From assembly GCA_963664435.2 (NCBI GenBank), contig CAXXKM010000001.1, positions 1,408,001-1,472,000 on the forward strand: a stretch of DNA of 64,000 bases, written 5' to 3'. A program made the translations under genes and the position numbers. The stretch is from Longimicrobiales bacterium (GTDB lineage: Bacteria > Gemmatimonadota > Gemmatimonadetes > Longimicrobiales > Gaopeijiaceae). Each line of letters starts with the position of its first letter. Positions within the stretch are counted from its first letter, which is position 1. Shown here piece after piece: positions 40,889 to 48,985 of the stretch. The notes below the pieces were generated by a model. The model worked only from the letters and a program-made list of their open reading frames with translations, was not told the origin of the DNA and made no database searches.

Positions 40889-41716
40889 GTGACGCCCGCA
40901 AACCTCACCGTCGCTCTCATCACCGACGTCTTTCCGAACCGGGATGACGAGCAGCGACTGTTGACCCACCTGCGCGAGGCGAAGGCGCGGGGCGCGCAGC
41001 TGGCGGTTCTGCCGGAGTTGCCGCTGAATCACTGGGTTCCGGTAAGCCAGGTCCCCTCCGACGCGGACGCCGAGCCTCCGTTCGGACCCCGGGAGAGTGC
41101 GATGGCCATAGCCGCGCGGGCGACCGGCCTCGCGGTCCTGGGCGGCGCCATCGTGCGCGATCAGGGCAGTGGCCGCCGGCACAACACCGCCGTGCTCTTC
41201 GGCTCCACCGGAGAGGAGTTGCTCCGGTACCGCAAGATTCACCTGCCCGACGAGGAAGGGTACTGGGAGGCGCACCACTACCAGCCGGGCGAGGGGCTGA
41301 CCGCGCCGGTGCAGGTTGAGGGCTTCGGCATCGGCGTTCAGGTGTGCTCGGACGCCAACCGGCCCCAAGGGTGCAACGCGCTGGCCGCCATGGGCGCGGA
41401 AGCCATTCTCCTGCCGCGCGCCACCCCGGCGGAAACCTACCCGCGCTGGCGGCTGGTGCTGCGGGCGAACGCGGTCACCAGCTGCACCTACGTGATTTCG
41501 GTCAACCGGCCCGGCACCCGGTCGGGCGGGGTGATCGGCGGACCGTCCATGGTCGCGGGACCGGCGGGCGACGTGCTGCTCGAGACCACCGATCCGGTGG
41601 CCACGATCACCCTGGAAAAAGCGGTTCTGGCGCGAGCCCGAAAGGAGTACCCCGGCTATCTGGATGTGCGACCCAAGGTCTACGAGCGCGCCTGGCGGCA
41701 GGCGCGTTCGAACTGA
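40889..41716 (+). CDS. Carbon-nitrogen hydrolase (nitrilase superfamily)
   Basis: Catalytic triad motifs LPEL, YRKIHL, QVCSD. Confidence 0.92.
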   Translation: MTPANLTVALITDVFPNRDDEQRLLTHLREAKARGAQLAVLPELPLNHWVPVSQVPSDADAEPPFGPRESAMAIAARATGLAVLGGAIVRDQGSGRRHNTAVLFGSTGEELLRYRKIHLPDEEGYWEAHHYQPGEGLTAPVQVEGFGIGVQVCSDANRPQGCNALAAMGAEAILLPRATPAETYPRWRLVLRANAVTSCTYVISVNRPGTRSGGVIGGPSMVAGPAGDVLLETTDPVATITLEKAVLARARKEYPGYLDVRPKVYERAWRQARSN

Positions 41717-41899
41717 TCCCATTCCGCCATTCTCGCGCCCCGCAGAAGTAACGAGCTTTCGACTCGTCCGCAGCGAAGTGCGTCGACCTCAGGCAATGAA
41801 GCCCTGTCGACCGGCATCGACGCGTCGCCGGCGGATGCGGATGTCCGGCACGAGTCGTGAACTTGCTGCAAGGGAAGATGGCGCCACATGTTGGATCAC

Positions 41900-42445
41900 A
41901 TGGAACCGATGGGGCTCGACACGCTTAAGGCCACCAGGGCTCTGCAGGCGGCCGGCTTCGACGCGGCCCAGGCGGAGGCTCTGGTGACCGTGTTCGGTGG
42001 CCCCGTCCCAGGCAACATCGCCACCAAGCAGGACATCCGGGATCTTCGCGTCGAGTTCCGTGACTTCCGAACCGAAATCAAGGAAGACTTCGAACAGCAT
42101 CGTGCTGAGACCAGGACCGACATCAAAGGTCTCCGAACCGAACTCAAAGGCCTCCGGACCGAAATCAAGACCGACATCGATGGTCTCCGAACCGAAATCA
42201 AGACCGACATCGATGGCCTCTGGACCGAACTCAAGACCGAAACCGGACAGCTGCGCGATGAGTCGGCCGGGATGAGAGACGACATCGCGCGACTGAGCCG
42301 TGAAGTGGGAGACGTTCGGAGCGAAGTGGCCGAACTCCGGCTACAGGTCGGCCAACACGTCACGAAGGCGCAGATGTACAGGCTGCTGTTGGTGCAGGCG
42401 ACGGTAATCGTCGGCCTGATCGTTGGACTGCAACAGCTGCTCTAG
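41900..42445 (+). CDS. DUF1640/CCDC90-like coiled-coil protein (paralog 2)
   Basis: DTLKATRALQAAGFDAAQAEAL...ATKQD; mixed 7- and 11-aa repeats; tail YRLLLVQATVIVGLIVGLQ identical to paralog 1. Confidence 0.85.
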   Translation: MEPMGLDTLKATRALQAAGFDAAQAEALVTVFGGPVPGNIATKQDIRDLRVEFRDFRTEIKEDFEQHRAETRTDIKGLRTELKGLRTEIKTDIDGLRTEIKTDIDGLWTELKTETGQLRDESAGMRDDIARLSREVGDVRSEVAELRLQVGQHVTKAQMYRLLLVQATVIVGLIVGLQQLL

Positions 42446-42454
42446 CCGCCGCTC

Positions 42455-44062
42455 CTACCCGAAGCGCACTCCCTGCGCGAGAGGCAGCTCCGGGCTCCAG
42501 TTGACGGTGTTGGTCTGGCGCCGCATGTAGGCCTTCCACGCGTCGGATCCTGACTCGCGCCCGCCCCCGGTCTCCTTCTCGCCCCCGAAGGCACCCCCGA
42601 TCTCCGCGCCGCTGGTGCCGATGTTGACGTTGGCGATGCCGCAGTCGCTGCCGCGATGGGAAAGGAACAGCTCCGCCTCGCGCATGTGCTCGGTGAAGAT
42701 CGCGGACGAGAGTCCCTGAGGCACATCATTGTGCTGGTCGATGGCCTCGACGACTTCGTCAACCGCCTGCGCCGGGGAGGCGTCCGCGCTCCCGTAACCC
42801 AGGATGTAGAGGATGGGCGCGAAGGTCTCTTCCTGCACGATGTCGAACTCGTTGCGCGCGCGGGCGATGCAGGGGCTGACGTAGTGGCCGCCGGAGAAGT
42901 CGGCGCCATTCAGTCGCTCGCCTCCGCATAGAACCTCGCCCCCCTCCTCCGTGACTCGGCGCACCGCGCCCTCCAGGTCGGTGACCGCCTGGTGGTTGAC
43001 CACCGGGCCCATCAGCGTGGAGGGATCGCGCGGGTCGCCGATGCGCACGTCCCCGTAGGCGGACACGAGCCGCCGCTCCAGCTCCGCGCGGATGGACTCG
43101 TGCGCGATGATGCGGCGGGTGCTGGTGCAGCGCTGCCCGGCCGTGCCCACCGAACCGAAGAGGATCGCGGGAAGCACGAGGTCCATGTTGGCGTGCGGGG
43201 TGACGATGATGGCGTTGTTGCCGCCCAGCTCGAGGATGGTGCGCCCCAGGCGCCTGCCCACCACCTCCGCCACACGGTAGCCCATCCGGCAGCTGCCGGT
43301 CGCCGAAACCAGCGGGATGCGACGGTCGTGCAGGAGCCGGTCGCCCACGGTGGACCCCCGCCCCACCACCAGCGAGAAGATGGCGGGATCGTAGCCGTTC
43401 TCGCGCGCCACTTCGGCCGCGATGCGGGTGCAGGCGATCGCCGTGAGCGGGGTCTGGCTGGACGGCTTCCACAGGGTGGCGTCTCCGCAAACGGCGGCGA
43501 TGGCGGCGTTCCAGCTCCATACCGCCACCGGAAAGTTGAAGGCCGAAATCACCCCGACCACCCCCAGCGGGTGCCACTGCTCGAACATGCGGTGGTCCGG
43601 GCGCTCGGAGTGCATCGAGAGCCCGTAGAGCTGGCGAGAGAGCCCAGTCGCGAAGTCGCAGATGTCGATCATCTCCTGGACCTCGCCCTCCCCCTCGGTG
43701 AGGATCTTGCCCATCTCGAGGGTGACCAGCGCGCCCAGCTCCGCCTTGTGCCGGCGCAGCCGGTCGCCGATCTGGCGCACGACCTCGCCACGCTTGGGGG
43801 CCGGCACCCTGCGCCACTCGAGGAACGCCTCGTGCGCCCGCTCGACGATGCGGTCGTATTCGTCCACGGTGACCTGGCGCACGGTCGCGATGCGCGAGCC
43901 GTCGATGGGGGTGTGAACCTCGAGCTCGGGCCCGGAGCCCATCCACTCGCCGGCGAAACCGCCCGGATTCACATCTTCGAGTCCCAGCGCCGCGAGCAAA
44001 CGCGCGCTGCGGGAGGAGGTCGCGGCCGTGGGGGCCGCGGCGGTCATGGTTGTCGGGTTCAT
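42455..44062 (-). CDS. Aldehyde dehydrogenase, ALDH7/piperideine-6-carboxylate dehydrogenase-like
   Basis: GEGEVQEMIDICDFA, ISAFNFPVAVW, LELGGNNA, GQRCTS, GGRESGSDAWKAY. Confidence 0.93.
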   Translation of the reverse strand: MNPTTMTAAAPTAATSSRSARLLAALGLEDVNPGGFAGEWMGSGPELEVHTPIDGSRIATVRQVTVDEYDRIVERAHEAFLEWRRVPAPKRGEVVRQIGDRLRRHKAELGALVTLEMGKILTEGEGEVQEMIDICDFATGLSRQLYGLSMHSERPDHRMFEQWHPLGVVGVISAFNFPVAVWSWNAAIAAVCGDATLWKPSSQTPLTAIACTRIAAEVARENGYDPAIFSLVVGRGSTVGDRLLHDRRIPLVSATGSCRMGYRVAEVVGRRLGRTILELGGNNAIIVTPHANMDLVLPAILFGSVGTAGQRCTSTRRIIAHESIRAELERRLVSAYGDVRIGDPRDPSTLMGPVVNHQAVTDLEGAVRRVTEEGGEVLCGGERLNGADFSGGHYVSPCIARARNEFDIVQEETFAPILYILGYGSADASPAQAVDEVVEAIDQHNDVPQGLSSAIFTEHMREAELFLSHRGSDCGIANVNIGTSGAEIGGAFGGEKETGGGRESGSDAWKAYMRRQTNTVNWSPELPLAQGVRFG

Positions 44063-44311
44063 CTTCGTTCTATCGTCCTTGCATCGGTTCCTGGTGTCCT
44101 GGCCCTGCGGTCTCTTCCTTCCGGTGCTGCGGTCTTCTGTCCGGGTCCCGCAGCTTCCCTGTCGTCTGCCAGCCCTGGCCGACGTTTCTGCGCTGCCCGC
44201 AACCCTGACGTTACGTCATGCGGTATCAGGTTGGTATCTTCCTGTGAGCGTTAGAGTTATGGAATTGGAAGGCCGGGTTCCCGCTATTTGACTCCCGCCG
44301 AATTGCGAGCC

Positions 44312-45469
44312 TCAGCCGCGAGGTCTCGGGCGGGCTTCCAGTGCCTTCCGAAGCTGTCCTTCGTCGGCTCGCTGGTAACACTGAAGCACCGTCTTGGCGG
44401 TCTTCCAGCCTCCAAGGTCGCAGAGGACCTTGAGCGGCTGCTCCATGAGGTCGCTCGCGAACTTGCGTCTCAACGAGTGCCAGCCCCGCCCACGCTTGGG
44501 TTCGAGTCCCGCGAGCTTCTGGGCTCGGTTCCACCAGAAGCGCACCAGCGTCCGGCCCGCGCACCGCGACGGATCTCGTGGTGCGGGGAGCACCGGAGCA
44601 ACCTCGATCCCGGCGCTCCGCTCTCGCGCCTCCTCAAGGACGGCGACCGCCTCGGCCGTCATCGGAGTCCGGTGTTCGTAGCCGGTCTTCTCGTGTTCGG
44701 CCCTCCACCGGATGGCTCGGGCTTCAAGGTCGATATCCGGCCACCTGAGGTGGCGGATCGCGCCGATTCGGTGTCCGGTCTCGTGCGCGAGCACCAGCGC
44801 GACGTGGAAGCGCCAATCGACCTCCCGGGACACCCCGAGAAGCGCCTGGTACTCCTCCTCGGACAACACGACCCGGGTCGGGTTCTTCTCCGTGGGCGTC
44901 TTCAGACCCTTCAGCGGGTTCGAGCCGAGGAGCAGCCGGCCATCCTCGTCCTTCGACTTGGCGGCCCAGTTGAACACGGCGATCAGGAACTTCAGGTCGT
45001 GTTCGATCGTCGCGTCGGACACCGGTTTGCCGCTCGCTCCGACCTTGCCCGCGCGCCGCGCCCGGATGAACCGGTCCCAGTCGCGCCGGGAGAGCGTTGA
45101 AGGCTTGCGGCCTCGTCCGAAGAACCCGAGGAACATCCTCGTCGCGGCCCGGTCGGCCCGCTGGGACGCCTCCGCCTTGGTGGGCGTCACCTCTTCACCG
45201 TAGATTTCAAACAGCTTGTCCAGCGTGAGCGGTTCGGGCTCGGCCTCCGTTTTGCCGTCGGGCGCGTCGATGAAGCCTGCGGCGAATTCGTCCGCCTGCC
45301 TCTTCGCGCGTCTCCATTCGCGATGTTGGAGCGACCGGCTCAGCCTGCGCCCGTTCTCGCGCCACTCGATCTGGAACATGCCGGTCTTCGGATCCGGAAA
45401 CACCCGGACCCGGTTCCGGCCCCATTCACCGGCGCCGTAGCTCCGGCGCTTTCGTTTCGTGCGTGCCAT
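44312..45469 (-). CDS. Tyrosine recombinase/integrase
   Basis: Catalytic R (TGHRIG), K (HEKTG), HSLRR, W (LGGW), Y (QCYQ); basic N-terminal arm-binding-like domain. Confidence 0.92.
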   Translation of the reverse strand: MARTKRKRRSYGAGEWGRNRVRVFPDPKTGMFQIEWRENGRRLSRSLQHREWRRAKRQADEFAAGFIDAPDGKTEAEPEPLTLDKLFEIYGEEVTPTKAEASQRADRAATRMFLGFFGRGRKPSTLSRRDWDRFIRARRAGKVGASGKPVSDATIEHDLKFLIAVFNWAAKSKDEDGRLLLGSNPLKGLKTPTEKNPTRVVLSEEEYQALLGVSREVDWRFHVALVLAHETGHRIGAIRHLRWPDIDLEARAIRWRAEHEKTGYEHRTPMTAEAVAVLEEARERSAGIEVAPVLPAPRDPSRCAGRTLVRFWWNRAQKLAGLEPKRGRGWHSLRRKFASDLMEQPLKVLCDLGGWKTAKTVLQCYQRADEGQLRKALEARPRPRG

Positions 45470-45546
45470 CATTCGATTCCTCGCGTGATGGACTGCACGA
45501 TCTGCGCGAAGGAAACTTCGCACACGGCAGGCTTCTTGACCAGCGT

Positions 45547-47087
45547 AGTCTTGTCCAACGGCAAATGAGCCTGAACGCGGGGCCGGTTTCCAGCGGGAAG
45601 TGAGCCTGAAGGCCGGGGCGAAGAGATCATTGGAGGATGATCGTGACACTTCGCACCGAACGAATCCGGACGCTCGACCAGATGCGCGCCTTCGTGGAGG
45701 GCAGCGAACCTGCGGACTTCCAGATCACCGACCGCACTTCCGCCTACGTCTTCGTCCGCCGCACGCTGGTCCGCTTCGAGTACCACGGCCTCGGGAAGCC
45801 CGACAAGGGGCTGGTGAAGCGGTTCCTTGAGAAGGTGACGGGCATTTCACGCGCCCAGATCACCCGCCTGATCCGACAGCACCGCCGGACGGGCCACATC
45901 CGCGACCACCGCAACAAGCCCCCGGCCAACGCCTTCCGGCGGCGCTACACGCCCCACGACGCCGCTCTGCTCGCCGAGGTCGACGAAGCCTTCGGCCAGC
46001 CATCCGGACCCGCCACCAAGGTGGTCCTGCAACGCATGCACGAGGTCTACGGCGACGGACGCTTCGCACGCCTCGCCTCGATCTCCAACGGCCACATCTA
46101 CAACCTCCGCAAGACCCGCGCGTACCGGACCGGCCGCCTCACCTTCCGTAAGACCCGGTCCACTCCCGTCGCCATCGGGGTCCGCCGCAAGCCGCGGCCG
46201 GATGGCAAGCCCGGCCATCTCCGCGTCGACACCGTCCACCTCGGCGACCGCGACGACCGGAAGGGCATCTATCTCATCAACGTCGTCGACGAAGTCACGC
46301 AGTTCCAACACCTTGGAGCCGTGCCGCGCATCACCCAGCACTTCCTCGTCCCACGCCTCGAAGCCCTGCTGGCCGCCTTTCCCTTCACCATCCACGCCTT
46401 CCATGCCGACAACGGCAGCGAGTACGTCAACGGCCGGGTGGCCGCGCTGCCCAACAAGCTCCACGTCGGCGTCTTCACCAAGTCCCGGCCCCGCCACCCC
46501 AACGACAACGCGCTGGTCGAGACCAAGAACGGAGTCGTCGTCCGCAAGTGGCTCGGCCACATCCACGTCCCCCACGCCCTCGTCCCCCGGGTCAACGCCT
46601 TCCTCCACGACCACCTCTGCCCCTTCCTCAACTTCCACCGGCCCTGCCTCTTCCCCACCGAAGTCACCAGCCCCACCGGCCGAGTCAAGCGGCGCTACCG
46701 GCAACAGGACGTGACCACCCCCTACGAGCGCTTCAAGGCTCTGCCCGGCGCTGAAGCCTTCCTCCGGCCCGGCGTCACCCTCGGTGCCCTCGACCAACTC
46801 GCCGCCGCAACCACCGACCTCGACGCCGCCCAAGCCGTCCAGCGCGCCCGCGACGAACTCTTCCGCGCCATCGGCCAAGCCCGCAACTCCGCCGCGTGAT
46901 CCGACTCGCGTCAGCCGCTGGCTTGCCGGAGACCCTCCTGCCTCTCGGGCGTCCCACGGCCCGCCGGTTGCCTCTCTCCCCCGTTCAAGGAGATAATGAT
47001 ACACCCTCAACTGCCACCTGCCCCGGCCTCGGGCCTCACCCCTCGCACCTTCCCCGGTTCAGGCTCATCTCCGTATTGGAAAAGACT
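45547..47087 (+). mobile_element. Complete insertion sequence, 1541 bp, unclassified (ISNCY/IS481-like)
   Basis: Imperfect TIRs AGTCTTGTCCAA...ATGAGCCTGAAC and GTTCAGGCTCAT...TTGGAAAAGACT; 4-bp TSD GCGT at 45543-46 and 47088-91. Confidence 0.88.
45637..46899 (+). CDS. DDE transposase (integrase core)
   Basis: LRVDTVH, HADNGSEY, DNALVETKNG; GGAGG RBS. Confidence 0.93.
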   Translation: MIVTLRTERIRTLDQMRAFVEGSEPADFQITDRTSAYVFVRRTLVRFEYHGLGKPDKGLVKRFLEKVTGISRAQITRLIRQHRRTGHIRDHRNKPPANAFRRRYTPHDAALLAEVDEAFGQPSGPATKVVLQRMHEVYGDGRFARLASISNGHIYNLRKTRAYRTGRLTFRKTRSTPVAIGVRRKPRPDGKPGHLRVDTVHLGDRDDRKGIYLINVVDEVTQFQHLGAVPRITQHFLVPRLEALLAAFPFTIHAFHADNGSEYVNGRVAALPNKLHVGVFTKSRPRHPNDNALVETKNGVVVRKWLGHIHVPHALVPRVNAFLHDHLCPFLNFHRPCLFPTEVTSPTGRVKRRYRQQDVTTPYERFKALPGAEAFLRPGVTLGALDQLAAATTDLDAAQAVQRARDELFRAIGQARNSAA

Positions 47088-47297
47088 GCGTAAGGACATG
47101 CTCTCCCAAGCCGATCCGAAGGGCGGATTCCGTGCGGTTCGGGGCCGTAGCGCGAGTGTCCGTTCGACATCGGGGGCGACCGGACACGAAATCGTGTTTC
47201 CGACGGACAAGCCGCTGGTCCGCCATGTCGTTGGACGGCTTGCAGTTGCGCCTCGCCCAGACGAGCGGCCGTGACACGCGGGCGCTGGCGGGCGTGG

Positions 47298-47640
47298 CCG
47301 GAGCGACCCCCCGATTTCGATGGCTGGCGTGCCATCGAGGAGTTCGGCATCGGACACGCCCATGCCGTCCTCCGTGGGAGGTCGCTCCGGTCCAGCGATC
47401 CCTGCGGGAAGGCCAAACGGCGAGCCGGGGCGGTGCGTCCCGGTTTTAGCCAGCGCTACCGGACAGCCGACCGGCCGGCCGGTCGGCCAACGGGTCCTCC
47501 TCCGTCTCGAAGTGGCGCTCACATCGCCTTCCCGCGCAGGGATCGCTGGTCTGGGAGCGACCCGAGGGGGCGGGGGCGGGGTGCGCAAACGCGCACGACC
47601 CCGAACCCGCAGCAGTCACTCGGACTGCCGGGTCGCTCCC
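47298..47640. other. Highly structured non-coding segment with four alternating copies of GGAGCGACC
   Basis: Stems 47298-308/47380-390 and 47553-564/47629-640; long IR 47380-413/47526-562; perfect 22-bp palindrome at 47466-87. Confidence 0.55.
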
Positions 47641-47838
47641 AGCCCCGTCCGAACGAGCCCTGCGGCCCCGGCCGTCCGGGACAACGAGGCGCAAGACCTT
47701 TGCGCGCTACGGCTTCCGCCGCCCCGCCGGTGCGCACGTCCGGAGCGCCGGGGTGCGCATCGGCACCCTATGTCGTTTTCGCGGTCCGGTACGGCTCTAT
47801 GTCGTGCGCCGCGCCGTCCACCGAGGCTGGCGGATGAA

Positions 47839-48486
47839 TCAGCTTTGCGCCGCCTTCATGATCTCGGCCACATAGTCATCCAGACGGGCCATGACCCCGA
47901 TGGTTTCCGCCTGACTCTCCGCGTTCGCGATTTCCTTGGCCAGATCCAGCAGCAGACGGCGGACTGCGGCTGGGTCGCCCGTCCCCGTCGACGGCGCATC
48001 GGCTCCAGCGGTCTCCTCAGCCGGTGGTGCATCCGGTTCCGGCGGTGCCTCCGGATCAGCCGCTGCGTCCCTTGCGAGCCGCGCCTTCACTTGGAGGGGG
48101 TATTTCGCATGGAACTGCCGGGCCGAGAGGTCCGCGACGGAGGGGTCGATCTCGCGGGCACCCGCGAACAGGTCCGCGTTCGAGATGCCGGGGTCCGCTT
48201 CGAGCGTCCGCGCCACGAACTCCATGACGGCGGCTCCGTCGCCGGATGGTGCGGGCACGGCGGCGGGCGCCGGGTCCGCCTTCGGTTGCCGTGCGGGCTG
48301 TGGCGGCGGCGCTATCCTCCGGGTCGCGGGCAGCCGATACTTGGCGTGAAACTGTTGCAGCGTAAGCTCCCCGACCGACTCGTCGATCTCCAGGGCACCG
48401 GCGAACAAGGTCTTGTTCTTCGCGCCGGGGTCCTTCTTCAGTTCGTCTACCATGTACTCCATGACGGCATCATGCGAGCTGCCCAT
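47839..48486 (-). CDS. Hypothetical protein with two tandem helical (wHTH-like) domains; putative nucleoid-associated protein
   Basis: Duplicated ~50-aa unit AVME...DPG...LFAGA.EID.SV..L...QFHAKY.L; Pro/Ala linkers; C-terminal amphipathic helices. Confidence 0.75.
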   Translation of the reverse strand: MGSSHDAVMEYMVDELKKDPGAKNKTLFAGALEIDESVGELTLQQFHAKYRLPATRRIAPPPQPARQPKADPAPAAVPAPSGDGAAVMEFVARTLEADPGISNADLFAGAREIDPSVADLSARQFHAKYPLQVKARLARDAAADPEAPPEPDAPPAEETAGADAPSTGTGDPAAVRRLLLDLAKEIANAESQAETIGVMARLDDYVAEIMKAAQS

Positions 48487-48985
48487 GTCGTTACCCTTTC
48501 AGAGGCCAGGTGCGCGCCGGATGGACGCGGGCAAATCGGGAATTGCCCTGTCGGGAAAACTCGAAGAGTGTTCGGGGAGCGTCAATGTCGCCGGTTCGAC
48601 ATCGCCCCCGCCTTCGACCGCGTAGATCTCGCCCGCGTGCCGGGAGATTGCCGACCTCAGCCCGGAAGGGCGCCGCGTGCGTCCCGCCGCGTACCGGAAG
48701 CCCTAAGCGGCGCCTCGGGAGCGTTTCGCGGGCGTCCGAACGGGCTGGCTTTAGCCACGCTACCGTGGCTCAGCCAGCACACGCGATGTTGAACATTCGC
48801 GGTCTGGCCAGGGGGACGCTGCGTCCCCCCTTGAACCCCCGGCTTCCCGCGCCGCTGAGAGATCAGCGGACGGGCGCAGGAAGACGCCCTTGCCGGGTGG
48901 AGGGGAGAGCACGTAGGCTCGAACGGTGCAATTTCTGCGGCAATGAGTGCCGCCCCCTTTTGACTCGGAGAGAGAGATCGCGAGA

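Noticed and set aside
44063..44311. tRNA or dif-like attachment site next to the integrase
   Set aside because: No cloverleaf or T-loop; TTATGGAAT only weakly resembles a XerD arm
45469..45786. 105-aa ORF upstream of the integrase as an excisionase
   Set aside because: It crosses the IS boundary and is chimeric; no HTH motif
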